This document shows, in pieces, positions 1 through 10,379 of a stretch of 64,000 nt of DNA; the stretch's first letter is position 1; each line of letters begins with the position of its first letter. The translations under genes and the position numbers were made by a program. Source of the stretch: Cyanidioschyzon merolae (Eukaryota). The stretch lies in assembly GCA_000091205.1 (NCBI GenBank), contig AP006484.2. The stretch is one strand, 5' to 3'. The notes under the pieces are model-generated. The model saw nothing but the letters and a program-made list of their open reading frames with translations, searched no databases and was not told the origin of the DNA.

Positions 1-150
1 TCGTTTTCGTCACTTGCTTTCCTTCGCTCGATGGTCAGCGAGAAGAGGATTTTTCCGTTTTTCGTCTGGCACCCGATGATGACGGGCCTCGAGGACCCCC
101 GAATTCCATCTCTATGCCTTCCCCTGCGACCCTTTAATTTCTTCAAAATG
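1..150 (+). repeat. Fragment of dispersed repeat family R, truncated by the window edge
   Basis: Positions 1-100 align by eye with 10775-10880: 'gatggtcagcgagaagaggatttttccgttttt' against 'gattgtcagcgagaagaggactttttcagtttt'. Similarity fades after about 150, where the minisatellite begins. Confidence 0.6.
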
Positions 151-211
151 AACGCACTTCATACACACCTTCTATAAATCACGACAAAGCATTTGATAGC
201 ACGCATCCGCA

Positions 212-1116
212 GGTGAAACACTGTTCAGGTAAACGACTAGAAAACAGATACACCAGTGAAACACGGTTCAGGTAAACGACTAGAAAGCAGATACACCAGT
301 GAAACACTGTTCAGGTAAAGGACTAGAAAACAGATACACCAGTGAAACACGGTTCAGGTAAACGACTAGAAAACGGATACACCAGTGAAACACTGTTCAG
401 GTAAACGACTAGAAAACGGATACACCAGTGAAACACTGTTCAGGTAAACGGCTAGAAAACGGATACCCCAGTGAAACACGGTTCAGGTAAACGACTAGAA
501 AACGGATACCCCAGTGAAACACGGTTCAGGTAAACGACTAGAAAACAGATACACCAGTGAAACACGGTTCAGGTAAACGACTAGAAAACGGATACACCAA
601 TGAAACACGGTTCAGGTAAAGGACTAGAAAACAGATACCCCAGTGAAACACTGTTCAGGTAAACGACTAGAAAACAGATACCCCAGTGAAACACGGTTCA
701 GGTAAACGGCTAGAAAACGAATACCCCAGTGAAACACGGTTCAGGTAAACGACTAGAAAACGGATACACCAGTGAAACACGGTTCAGGTAAACGGCTAGA
801 AAACGGATACACCAGTGAAACACGGTTCAGGTAAACGACTAGAAAACGGATACACCAGTGAAACACGGTTCAGGTAAACGGCTAGAAAACGGATACCCCA
901 GTGAAACACGGTTCAGGTAAACGACTAGAAAACGGATACACCAGTGAAACACGGTTCAGGTAAATGACTAGAAAACGAATACACCAGTGAAACACGGTTC
1001 AGGTAAACGACTAGAAAACGGATACCCCAGTGAAACACGGTTCAGGTAAACGGCTAGAAAACGGATACGCACCAGTGAAACACTGTTCAGGTAAACGGCT
1101 AGAAAACGGATACACG
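212..1116. repeat. 43-bp tandem minisatellite of about 21 units, consensus cagtgaaacacggttcaggtaaacgactagaaaacggatacac
   Basis: Perfectly periodic 43-bp unit read directly. Five variable sites (cacGg/cacTg, aaaCg/aaaGg, cgActag/cgGctag, aaaacAg/aaaacGg, atacAcc/atacCcc) recur in blocks. A small insertion sits near 1065-1070. There are no unique spacers. Confidence 0.9.
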
Positions 1117-1250
1117 AGTACACCGTACGTCAAGCCACGAGTGAGCGCTGTGCACCATGCGCGCCATGGCGCATCGGCTGCGACGCTGGAGCCTATACGA
1201 CTATCATACGGTTTCGAGGCCGTTGTATTCACTGCCTAGCGCAGCTGCGT

Positions 1251-4200
1251 TTGGCAGCTGTCTTTTCATCCGTTATGTATTTATTAGGTGCTAATGACGA
1301 AAGCGAGAAAGTAGACTGCCCCGAAGACGGCAATCAGGCGGCGGCTTTTGTAGGGGTGAACAGCTCGCACTCCCTGGGGAAACAGCGCAAAGCGCGTTGG
1401 CGCTCGTACCGAGCGGTGCGGCGACGCTGGGAGCGTTCCGCAGCACGCGGCTGGGCTCTGCTACTGACCAGCAGTAACCAGAGCATCCAGCGGAACCCCG
1501 AACTGCAGACGGAAGTGAGCTCAGGAGCGCACGAGGTGGAGCTGGGTGGTAGTGCTGGTGCCGGTGTCGACAGTACCGGAACCAGACAGCCTGGCGTCGA
1601 GGAGGTGGCAAAGGCGACTGATGCGGCGAAAAGGGCGGCTGCTTGCAAGAATGATCGCATCGGAGCAGGCCTGGTCGAAGATATTGTTTCTGTGGAAGAT
1701 TCCGAGGCCACCAATGACGCTATCACTCATGCAGGTACCGTAAGCGACAAACGGGTCGTTTCTCGCGATACCGGAACGTGCGCTGGTGTCAGTGCCCTGC
1801 CGCCTCTGCCGCGACTCTCCTCGAAGAATCGTCAACAGCGGTTGCAGTTTGCCCGCCGTTCGATCCTGGTGTCCCGGTCATGGCGACAATGGGAGCCACC
1901 GAACATCGCGCCTGTGGCTAGCGTGGACTCGCTGACGCAACAGCAGATGCCGAGAAGGCCCCAGAGGACATTCATGATGCGTTTGCCTGCACCGCCGCCA
2001 GGCTCGGGGCTGCTACGTTTTCTGCCTGGGTCGAAGCGTGCCGCATATCGACGAGCTGGACATCGTCTGTTTCAGGTCTTCCGCCGTATGCAGCACACGG
2101 CGCCCGCGGAGGAACCCATCTTGCCTTCGAAGGTATCAGACCTAGCGGGTGATCTTGGCCCTGATCCAGAGCATATGAGAGCCAGCATGGGCGACTTTGG
2201 CGTGCAACAGACGTCCACTGAGACGAACGAGAGCACACGAGCATCAGCAACACCAGCATCGCAGACGAAACGCAATACATGGAATCGAACGCAAGGCTCG
2301 CATGCACCCACTCTCCGAGGCCTGAGCCTCCTACCAGCACTCTTTCGTGACGGTAGAGATGGCACTTGCTCTAGTGAGCGTCCGGTTGTGCAGCGAGCGT
2401 TTCACGATCCCCTCCGAGTCACTCGCTTGCGCGCCCGTCGACTGCGTAGACCGTTGCTGCTTGCGTTGCGGGCATCGCTGCTCTCGGTTCAGATCATTTT
2501 TCGGTCGATGATCATGAACTTTCCTGGCATGGCAAGATGGTTGCGGGCACGTCAAGCCGCCCACGTGAACGCTATGATTCGAAAACACGCAGCGATCGCT
2601 TTCCCGATGCTCGAAGAGGTTGAATGCACACAACTGGAGGATGACGGGAGCAGCATCCATTCCGATAACGAATCGGGAGCATGCACGCCTGCGGAGCAAA
2701 TCTGCATCGATGAGGACGGTGTCGCAGAATTCCTGTGTGCAGATGGCCATGTAGACGCATGCCTAGGAAACATTGCCGGTATGGCGAAGAACAACAACCC
2801 CGATACATCTCTGGCATCGCGTGTGCCGTGGCATTCGGATCTTGGTGATCCAGCGCCTCGCCTTACCGGTCCTGGAAAGGCGCAGGTATCGAAACACACA
2901 CAAAGTGAATCCCTCACACAGGTGCTCGATGCAGCAAGCGTGGGCTCTACGGGGAGCGCAAATGCCGCTGCCGCCGCGTCTTGTACGCATCATCCACCCG
3001 CAAGGGCGACATCCTCCCGCGGGACATCACAGGCCCGGTCGAGACGCTTGCTCGAAACAGATTCGCACTCGGCCGACGACGACGACGAGAACGACGAGAA
3101 CGTGAAACTTTTCCATGCCCGACCGTCTGCGTCCCTGCCACACGAAGAGGATGACAAAGATTCCCGAGATCGTTCGAGCTGTAGGGTCAGCACCTTGGAA
3201 CGGCCTCAACCGAAACGAGGCTCGCGACCAAACAAACGCGCGACAGCTGGTGCCTTCAAAAGGACGTTCAACGCAGGATCGTCTTTAAGCGAGACCTCGA
3301 ATGATCATTTTCGGGTCCTGGAGATAGGCGGTGTTTGGACGGAGGTTCTCGTGATCCACTCGAATGCGGCACAAGCGACGCGCGCATCCCCACAGGCCGA
3401 GCGCTTGCCTTCGCTCGGTTGCAAGTCGCTGTCGGTGAGCTCCATGGGATCCTCAATAGACCTGGACGACTGGAAGACGCCCTCGGGGAACGACATGATC
3501 CTCGATGATGGTACGGTATCACCGGGAAACAACCGCATTTCCGTGAACAACGGTGAACCTGCAGCCGCTTTGCATCGGGGATGCAGTGTCTCCCTGGGAA
3601 CAGGCGTGCACCTGGACTCGACAAGCTCGGATGCGCCGACGATGAATGGAATGCGTCGCATCCGCAGCAGCAGCAGCAGCACGCTGCCCTACACACGTAC
3701 GTTCATTCGATCCCAGCAGCACGGTGCGGTAGCGGTATCGCGTTCACAGCCGTCCGCGCAACAAGCACCCAGCGACTCGCAGCGGCATCTCGATACGAGT
3801 AGGAATCCAGTCCAACCGGGGCGTCGTCGCCGGTGTCAGGTTGTGTTCCTACCGGGTAATCCGGGCTGTATCGAGTTGTACGAGTCCTTTCTCCTGCAGT
3901 GCGCAGCGATGCTGGCTCAGGCAGGCAACCCGTCCGTTGAATTCGTCATCCATGGTGTTGGACTCGCCGGGCACGACCTTAGAGGCCTGAATCGCCCCGG
4001 ACGCTTCTTCGACCTGTCCGAACAGACCCGCCACAAACTCGCCTACATTCGGGAACACGTCGGTTGGTCATTCGCCGAGGATTCGAACTACATCAATGAC
4101 GACATCGACATCGACGATAACGAGGACCTCGTCTTGATTGGCCACAGCACCGGTGCACATATCATCTGCCGGATGCTGGAAGCGAGTCCAGCGCTAGCGG

Positions 4201-4769
4201 AACGAGCGCATGTGATTCTACTTACCCCAGCGATCGCTGAGGTTGCCGACGGTATCCGCACCGCTTTCCGTCAACGAGCGTTTATATTTCAGCGCGGAGC
4301 TCGACACATTACGGCGGGTTTGGCGAGCATGATCCTCCGCGTCGCGCCCGAGCGTATGGTCAGTGATCTCATTGATGAGTTTCTGGCACATCGGGCGACA
4401 CCTCAGGTTGCTCGCCGTATTCGGGACCTCTTCCGACTCGCCGCCGACAAGTACCATCTTTTCCTGAACGTTCTCGCGCTTGCTGCTGACAAGTGTCTTC
4501 ACATTGGCGACATGAATATCGCGCTGCTACGCCGTTTCGCGCGCCGACTCGTCATGTACTATGTGCCGGATGACCCGTTTGCAACTTCTGATCAGTGCGC
4601 CCGAGTTCGCCGACAAGTCCCCGAGGCACATGTCGAGTATGAGAGCGGTCAGATTTACCACGGCTTTATCTTGAGCGAGCAGCAAACCGAATACGTGGCC
4701 CGCAAAGTCGTTCACTGGGTGCTGGAGGCAGTGCGTCGGCCGCCGTCTACATCCGGTGCCGGTGGTTGA
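1251..4769 (+). CDS. Protein of 1172 aa: a long low-complexity N-terminal region joined to a C-terminal LDAH-type (lipid-droplet-associated hydrolase, DUF2305) alpha/beta hydrolase domain
   Basis: C-terminal approximately 330 aa contain 'VVFLPGNPGCIELYESF', which matches the LDAH FIPGNPG motif, and the serine-hydrolase nucleophile elbow 'LIGHSTGAHI' (GHSxG). The N-terminal approximately 800 aa are S/A/R-rich with no recognisable domain, and the true start codon is uncertain. Confidence 0.6.
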   Translation: MAAVFSSVMYLLGANDESEKVDCPEDGNQAAAFVGVNSSHSLGKQRKARWRSYRAVRRRWERSAARGWALLLTSSNQSIQRNPELQTEVSSGAHEVELGGSAGAGVDSTGTRQPGVEEVAKATDAAKRAAACKNDRIGAGLVEDIVSVEDSEATNDAITHAGTVSDKRVVSRDTGTCAGVSALPPLPRLSSKNRQQRLQFARRSILVSRSWRQWEPPNIAPVASVDSLTQQQMPRRPQRTFMMRLPAPPPGSGLLRFLPGSKRAAYRRAGHRLFQVFRRMQHTAPAEEPILPSKVSDLAGDLGPDPEHMRASMGDFGVQQTSTETNESTRASATPASQTKRNTWNRTQGSHAPTLRGLSLLPALFRDGRDGTCSSERPVVQRAFHDPLRVTRLRARRLRRPLLLALRASLLSVQIIFRSMIMNFPGMARWLRARQAAHVNAMIRKHAAIAFPMLEEVECTQLEDDGSSIHSDNESGACTPAEQICIDEDGVAEFLCADGHVDACLGNIAGMAKNNNPDTSLASRVPWHSDLGDPAPRLTGPGKAQVSKHTQSESLTQVLDAASVGSTGSANAAAAASCTHHPPARATSSRGTSQARSRRLLETDSHSADDDDENDENVKLFHARPSASLPHEEDDKDSRDRSSCRVSTLERPQPKRGSRPNKRATAGAFKRTFNAGSSLSETSNDHFRVLEIGGVWTEVLVIHSNAAQATRASPQAERLPSLGCKSLSVSSMGSSIDLDDWKTPSGNDMILDDGTVSPGNNRISVNNGEPAAALHRGCSVSLGTGVHLDSTSSDAPTMNGMRRIRSSSSSTLPYTRTFIRSQQHGAVAVSRSQPSAQQAPSDSQRHLDTSRNPVQPGRRRRCQVVFLPGNPGCIELYESFLLQCAAMLAQAGNPSVEFVIHGVGLAGHDLRGLNRPGRFFDLSEQTRHKLAYIREHVGWSFAEDSNYINDDIDIDDNEDLVLIGHSTGAHIICRMLEASPALAERAHVILLTPAIAEVADGIRTAFRQRAFIFQRGARHITAGLASMILRVAPERMVSDLIDEFLAHRATPQVARRIRDLFRLAADKYHLFLNVLALAADKCLHIGDMNIALLRRFARRLVMYYVPDDPFATSDQCARVRRQVPEAHVEYESGQIYHGFILSEQQTEYVARKVVHWVLEAVRRPPSTSGAGG

Positions 4770-6865
4770 GGTGCCCGGCCCTGTTCAATCAACGATCGTA
4801 GCGTGGATCGAAACTGTGCCTGCAAGCCAGGCTCGATCAGTGCATCGATTAGGGCGATGAGTTCCCATAGCTCAGCAGCCGCGCGAGGACTTGCGAGGTC
4901 AAACGCATCTCCGAGGTAACGCGTGATCCAGTCGACGAAAGCGTTGACGGCGCGCGTCCAGGCCGCGCTCTCGGTGGTCGACGCCGCCTGTTGTTGTTGT
5001 TGTTGTTGTTGCTGTTGCTGCTGAAGGAGTTTGAATGCCTGCGTAAATAGCATCCGCAACAAGTGCGTGCCCTTCTCACTCGAGAGCGCCACCTGGGTCA
5101 GGACGCGTGAGCGCGCATGACCAGTGCGAAAGGCGTCCAGGAGTACGGCAAGCTCGTGCAACGACGTATACTGCAGAATGCCGTCGGTGATGATGCCCCA
5201 GAATGCTTCAGTTACGTGCTGATTTGCAGGATTTTCCAGTTCAGTACTGCAGTAAGCGGCGAGACGCCCCAGAAAGAGCTGATAGACGCGCTGGCGATCT
5301 GTGGCACGCAGTAATTGCCACACTTGCGTGAGTAACCGCTTGCCTTTGGGAATCGCGCAAATACTGTAGAAGAGCTGAGCAGTTGGCGCACCAGACGATG
5401 CGACTGCACCCATCGCAGACGACCCGTGCTCGTAGAGGCCCAGCAGCTTGCACAGCGTCTCCTGATAGGCGGTCTGCTGCGCAGCAGACAAGGACGCGAA
5501 GAGCGCTGGCGTCACTAGGCTGGATCCGGTCTCCAGCGCCATCCCGTGAAGCACATCGTACGCTTGCTCGATGCGACCACGTGCTTTGATGCGCGGGTCT
5601 TCGTGGAACGAGCCGCTGGGGTTTGCTTCACCATTCGCCTGCTCGGTTGCTTGCCATGTCGCTGAATCGGGGTCGAGTTCCAGGGATAGCACCTGACGGG
5701 GCGCTTGTGGCGTCCACTTTGGTGGAGCACCCAGCGCTGACGCCAACGCTGCTGCATTGGGCGGATGCCTCCGGGGCCCGCGGACACCTCCAGCATTGCC
5801 CGTGATGCTGGTGGAGGTGCTATGCGACGGTGGCATGCCTGCCATCGAAGGCGTCCGTTCAGCTTGTGCCTGGTTTGCCTTCCACAGTACCTTCGAGCGT
5901 TCGTGGACGTTATGCTGCTGACTTGCAGCAGCGTGTCGCCGAGCCGCCAGCTCAGTGGCATAGAAGGCCTCGGCCCGTACGGCGTCTTCGGACTCGGTCA
6001 GGTGCAGGGAGCGTTGCTGCAGGTAGCGAACTTTCTCAATCTCGTGCGGCTTCATGGCCTGGAGGTGACTCGATGACTCGCGCGGGTGCTGCACCTCCGC
6101 AGGTGCAACATGAATACCGGTCTCTGTCGCTGACCAACACGGAAAAGCGCTCTCATATGTGGAAGGATCTCGCGATCTCGCGTGCTGCTCTGCTCGTGGA
6201 ACGCTGCCAGCCATATGAGGCGTCGTTGAAGCGGTACCTGACCGCAAGCCCGCTGACAAAGAAGAATTCCAGGGTGTCTTCAAGGCGCCGGTGCCCGGCG
6301 TCTCTGCTGTCGCCTGTGTAGGTGGTGCTGTTGGCGTCCGCGCCATTGTCGCAGACGTCGTGACTCCCTGAAAGCTGCGCTCCAGCTCAGTGACCGACAA
6401 GACGCCCGGGACGTGCCGCACGACCGGCTCGGTGTGTGCGTGAAATTGCGCCGGCGGAGCCTCGAATCCGGGGGCAGGCCCCTGCGGTGCACTGTAGCTC
6501 GCGGAGAAGAAGCCACCGCTGCTAGAGCTGTTCCCGCCGCTGCCCGTGCTGGGCACTAGCGGCCGACCAGCGAGCAGCGCCTCTTCCAAGGCACGTGACT
6601 CGAGCACCCTCTCCGTGTGAGGCTGGGCGATGGACCACCCGGCTTGGTCGTCAGCATCGATGACGGGGTGCGTCTCAGCGCATGTCCTCAGCGGCGCTGC
6701 ACCAGGCTCCATGCGGGTGCTTTGCGGCTTTGGGTAACGCGCTGGTCTAGCGTCGACCGCTTGCGGGGCACGGTCTCGAACCTCGGGCACAAAATGGCCG
6801 GAACGCTTCACCACCATTCCATGTGGACGTAGCCTAGCGCCAAAAGCTATCGCTTGTCGGTACAC
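4712..6865 (-). CDS. Hypothetical protein of 717 aa with a polyQ tract and low-complexity regions
   Basis: Long ORF convergent with the LDAH gene, whose 3' ends overlap by 58 nt. The polyQ run QQQQQQQQQQQQ is encoded by a CTG/TTG array at 4981-5012. No recognisable domain was found, and the first Met may not be the true start. Confidence 0.4.
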   Translation of the reverse strand: MYRQAIAFGARLRPHGMVVKRSGHFVPEVRDRAPQAVDARPARYPKPQSTRMEPGAAPLRTCAETHPVIDADDQAGWSIAQPHTERVLESRALEEALLAGRPLVPSTGSGGNSSSSGGFFSASYSAPQGPAPGFEAPPAQFHAHTEPVVRHVPGVLSVTELERSFQGVTTSATMARTPTAPPTQATAETPGTGALKTPWNSSLSAGLRSGTASTTPHMAGSVPRAEQHARSRDPSTYESAFPCWSATETGIHVAPAEVQHPRESSSHLQAMKPHEIEKVRYLQQRSLHLTESEDAVRAEAFYATELAARRHAAASQQHNVHERSKVLWKANQAQAERTPSMAGMPPSHSTSTSITGNAGGVRGPRRHPPNAAALASALGAPPKWTPQAPRQVLSLELDPDSATWQATEQANGEANPSGSFHEDPRIKARGRIEQAYDVLHGMALETGSSLVTPALFASLSAAQQTAYQETLCKLLGLYEHGSSAMGAVASSGAPTAQLFYSICAIPKGKRLLTQVWQLLRATDRQRVYQLFLGRLAAYCSTELENPANQHVTEAFWGIITDGILQYTSLHELAVLLDAFRTGHARSRVLTQVALSSEKGTHLLRMLFTQAFKLLQQQQQQQQQQQQAASTTESAAWTRAVNAFVDWITRYLGDAFDLASPRAAAELWELIALIDALIEPGLQAQFRSTLRSLIEQGRAPQPPAPDVDGGRRTASSTQ

Positions 6866-7149
6866 GAGGGTGTACGCAAGTACGTGTTCACCCGTCGCCG
6901 CAGTGCTCCTACCGTGCGTTCCGCACCAAGCGGGCGTTTCGAAGCACCCGCGTTCGCAGCATGAAAACGTGGTGCGCGATCAGCGGCTTCGCCGCCGCCT
7001 TCGATGCTGGATAAAGATGTATTTTTAGGTAGAAAGTGACACTCGCTCCGTTCGTGCGTGTTTGCTGCAGCCATCTTTGCGTTTGTGTCGATCGCGTCGA
7101 TCGATCGTATGCGTACATACACCGACGTGCAGAGGCTTCCCGGCCTTGT

Positions 7150-7450
7150 TCGACCGGCCATCTGTTATCGTTTTCAGCTTCTCGTTGTACATTTCGACCC
7201 GGAGAGGCTGCCTCACCAAGTTCGATCGCGTCAGTTCCTCGGGTCTCGTCTCCAGTACCGCACATCTCCTCGTATTGATGGCAGCGTTCATGCCAAGGTT
7301 CATGAACTCTCTGTGTTCATTGCCACTGGTTGAACACAACCATGGAAGGATTCCTCGAGCACGTACCCTCTGCGCCGTTCGCTGCTCTGTCAGCTCTCCG
7401 TGCTGTTCTACCTCCGAAGCGCTCCGCTGGCTTTTTTCCATCTCGACGCT
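7150..7450 (+). repeat. Partial copy of dispersed repeat family R (5' part)
   Basis: 7161-7330 aligns with 10490-10680 and with the reverse complement of 26700-26990. Examples: 'cgttttcagcttctcgttgtacatttcgacc' against 'cgggttcagcttctccatttacatctcgagc', and 'cctcgggtctcgtctccagtaccgcacatctcctcgtattgatggcagcgttcatg' against 'ctcgggtcccgtcttcagcaccgcacatcgtctgatattgacagtggcgttcaag'. Confidence 0.6.
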
Positions 7451-7708
7451 CTGAAGCGTATACCCTAGCTTATAGAGTATGGTTCAGGTACGGAACTGAC
7501 CTATCGGTGCTGTGACAAAACGATGTGCACGCTCTTTGTACGCTCGTGTCGACGGAGCGAGTATGCTCCCTTTTATGGACGCCCAGCTCGCTGCTCCGTA
7601 TGCTACTACGGGTCTCTGACTCTCGTCCTCCCTCAGGGCGCTCAAGTGATTGAAAAAGTTGGCAAGTGCACGTTACTTCCCTCGGTACAAGTTCACACGC
7701 CAATGAGC

Positions 7709-9352
7709 TCACCGGAACCTGTTGTTCTCTTGCCAAAACGCCTCCCATTGCGCAACCTGAACTTCCACGAACTCCTGAAAAGCTTTAAGGTCCGCTCCAA
7801 GGTTTGTCGCCCCGCTCATCGCTTCGAGGTGATTCTTACCTCCTGTATTCCGCATCTCACATTTTTTCCTTGCATTCATTCGTTCCGACCCTCGATAGTA
7901 GCGCGCGTTCGAGGACTTTCGAAGACGCATGTCGCTCTGGTGTAAGTTGCCGTCGTTACCATCTTGCCCGCGCTTAGGCACAGCGACGATCATGGTATCC
8001 GTGTTCCCAGGGCGTTCCGTGCCGATGACAAAGTCGTTCCCGTGCACGTTGTGCGCCGCAGGGCCCGCCTCCTTTTCATCTTCATGCTTCGCCGAGGGCG
8101 ACAACGACGACCGAACAGGGTGATCCACATTCGAGCGCCGATAGTGTACACCTATGGATACCCCATCGCTTTCGATCTTCCCCGTGAATACCTTCTTCTT
8201 ACTCGTTTTGCGACGTTTGAAATCGAAGATATCCCTCCAATAGGTGTCGCGGTCTTCGCCCGTGAACTCCTCCCTGCTTACATCGAACTCGGGACAGATC
8301 TCCTTCATAATGCCGAAAAGGACGCCAGAATCGATTGTGATAAAGTGTGACTTGTCCTCGCATATCGGAACGACATTGAAGCGCTGCTCCAGAAGCGAAG
8401 CCCTGCGTTCCACTGAATCTTCATTTTCCTCCACGTCCAGCTCCATATCGGCCATGCGTTCGAGCTCTCGATTCAGAAACACGAAAGAACGCAGGATGAA
8501 GGGACAACATCTCTCTTCACCTTTTTTCATCTCTGATACCTTTTCTGTTGGGTTGACCAGCCCCAGTACCGCACGGTGCTCTTGAATTGCCGCACGAATC
8601 ACAGAATCCACATTCGTGCTCGTCCATGATGTCTTCTCGTCGACGAACTCGATCTCCTGGTCATCCCGAGGATCGTTCGTGATGCCATCGATGATGGCCC
8701 ATATTCCTTTGCGAGACAGGCCCGGGCACAGCGCGAAGACGGAGCGTTTCATGAAGCGTTTGAGGTTCATGATCATGTGGTTCTTCAGGTTCGTGACGTA
8801 CTTCATCGCTCCGTAGGTGTCAATCTCTCGGTGGCCCCTGTATCGAGCACCGCTGAAGCGGTATTCGGGGTGGTTCTCATGGAAGGTTCTCACTCGCTCA
8901 TTGCTCGTCGACATTTCCCCTGCGCCAACCATTAGTTGGCGAATGAAAGACACGTGGAAAAATTCTTTCGGAACCTCGACCGTTTTGATGTCGGTAACGT
9001 CGGAGAACAAATCGTTCACGAATTTCGTCAGTCCTAAAGAAGCGTTAAGAATACTACTGGAGTACGACTCGACAGGTTTTCTGATGGACTCTCGCAACTT
9101 TCTCTTGTAGGGTTCCTTGATAGGGCTTCCGAGAAAGGCTTTCACTACGACCTCGTTCTTGTGTCGTCTTTCGAGTTGCATTTGTCGTGAGGCCTCCTGC
9201 TTCTGATACGTCTTCTTCTTCTGTTCATCTGGAGTTGGCACTGGTTTCCGTTGCTTTGTCAAATCCGGCGGCAGGGGGCCTCCAGGATCCTCGAATTTCG
9301 TGTTCATTATTTTTATTTTTGAAAACGAACGCGGTTCGAAAGCGTCTACCAT
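7709..9352 (-). CDS. Hypothetical K/E/R-rich protein of 547 aa in an AT-richer island, possibly derived from a PIF/Harbinger-type DDE transposase (tentative)
   Basis: Intact 547-aa ORF whose composition is more AT-rich than neighbouring genes. '[20 protein letters not shown]' resembles the Harbinger first-Asp block F.C.G.IDGTH. 'FITIDSGV' resembles the second block (L.DSGY). '[11 protein letters not shown]' resembles the third block (ERAFGxLKRRW) but lacks the catalytic Glu. These matches rest on motif memory only and were not searched. The ORF is flanked by R-family repeat pieces. Confidence 0.3.
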   Translation of the reverse strand: MVDAFEPRSFSKIKIMNTKFEDPGGPLPPDLTKQRKPVPTPDEQKKKTYQKQEASRQMQLERRHKNEVVVKAFLGSPIKEPYKRKLRESIRKPVESYSSSILNASLGLTKFVNDLFSDVTDIKTVEVPKEFFHVSFIRQLMVGAGEMSTSNERVRTFHENHPEYRFSGARYRGHREIDTYGAMKYVTNLKNHMIMNLKRFMKRSVFALCPGLSRKGIWAIIDGITNDPRDDQEIEFVDEKTSWTSTNVDSVIRAAIQEHRAVLGLVNPTEKVSEMKKGEERCCPFILRSFVFLNRELERMADMELDVEENEDSVERRASLLEQRFNVVPICEDKSHFITIDSGVLFGIMKEICPEFDVSREEFTGEDRDTYWRDIFDFKRRKTSKKKVFTGKIESDGVSIGVHYRRSNVDHPVRSSLSPSAKHEDEKEAGPAAHNVHGNDFVIGTERPGNTDTMIVAVPKRGQDGNDGNLHQSDMRLRKSSNARYYRGSERMNARKKCEMRNTGGKNHLEAMSGATNLGADLKAFQEFVEVQVAQWEAFWQENNRFR

Positions 9353-10379
9353 TAATCACGAAAAACACTTGACTAGACTTGTTTGATGTTCCAAAACTAA
9401 TGAACTGAAAGACTGTACTTGGTTACGACCTCAACGGAAACCCAACTTTTTTCCGGTAGAACAACACGCTACTGATCAAGATCGCGTTTTCCTTCAACGG
9501 AGGCATATGCGTCGTGTCTCATGTCGGCCTGATCTCCCAGATGCGCTCATTTAGCGCAATGCGTGTACCGCGCAAGACGCCTCACCGATCGATGAAGGAC
9601 ACGTGTCCGACGCCCCGCATTGGCACATGCGTGTTTGCATCGCACTGCAGCTGAAATCGGGTGCCGTAGATCGGAAACTCCCGTAGAATGCACTCCTGCT
9701 ATAGGCTATGTCGCTGGTGCCGACGCAAATGCCCATCGCAGTACCGCCCTGACATACATGGAGATGCAAGGGCCTAGCACGATACCCCGCGATGCTTCTA
9801 TCAAAAGCGTATCCATCGCAGTATCCTACGCTCGTGCGGGTGCGGTGTGCATCACTCTACTCAATAGGAATTTCGTCAGTTTTATTGATCGTAAGCAAAC
9901 AAGGCACGGTCTCGTTCCCGAACTCGTATATATGTTTACTCCCTATGCTTGTTATGCACACTGCACGGACGCTGGAACGAGGAACTGACCTGAATTTTGC
10001 TTCTATCCGGCGTCATGGCCTGGTACTGATGACCGTTCAAGTCATTTCCATTCTGCCGTCGTTGTCTAACTTATGGTGCCTGCTTCATCCTCCGGGTCCG
10101 GTGATCTTGGCAGAGGCATCGCACACAAGTAGCGCCCATATCTATCAGTGCGTTTGACCAACGCATCTAGTCTGGCATGATCGAGGCATATGACAAAGAG
10201 CGCATGCTGCATCCTGTTGCACCCTATCGGTTTACTTGCAAGAGCGTACCCTGTATGTAGTGGTGAAATCGCCAAACCGGGAACTTTTTCTGGACCCCTG
10301 CCGAGCCCTATGCTCCCGAATATTCGATGGCTACTTTCTGATTTCGCATTCCCAGTAGTAATACAGTAGAACATACGGA

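Noticed and set aside
212-1116. A CRISPR-like array or other prokaryotic defence locus at the start of the window
   Set aside because: The 43-bp units are contiguous with no unique spacers. The surrounding genes are unmistakably eukaryotic (Mps1, Nup98, RagC and others). No operon-like same-strand clusters occur anywhere in the window.
1030-1239. Two small ORFs (1011-1232 on the minus strand and 1030-1239 on the plus strand) over the end of the minisatellite
   Set aside because: They are translations of the tandem repeat itself and carry the periodic peptide 'GKRLENGY'. This is an ORF-finder artefact.
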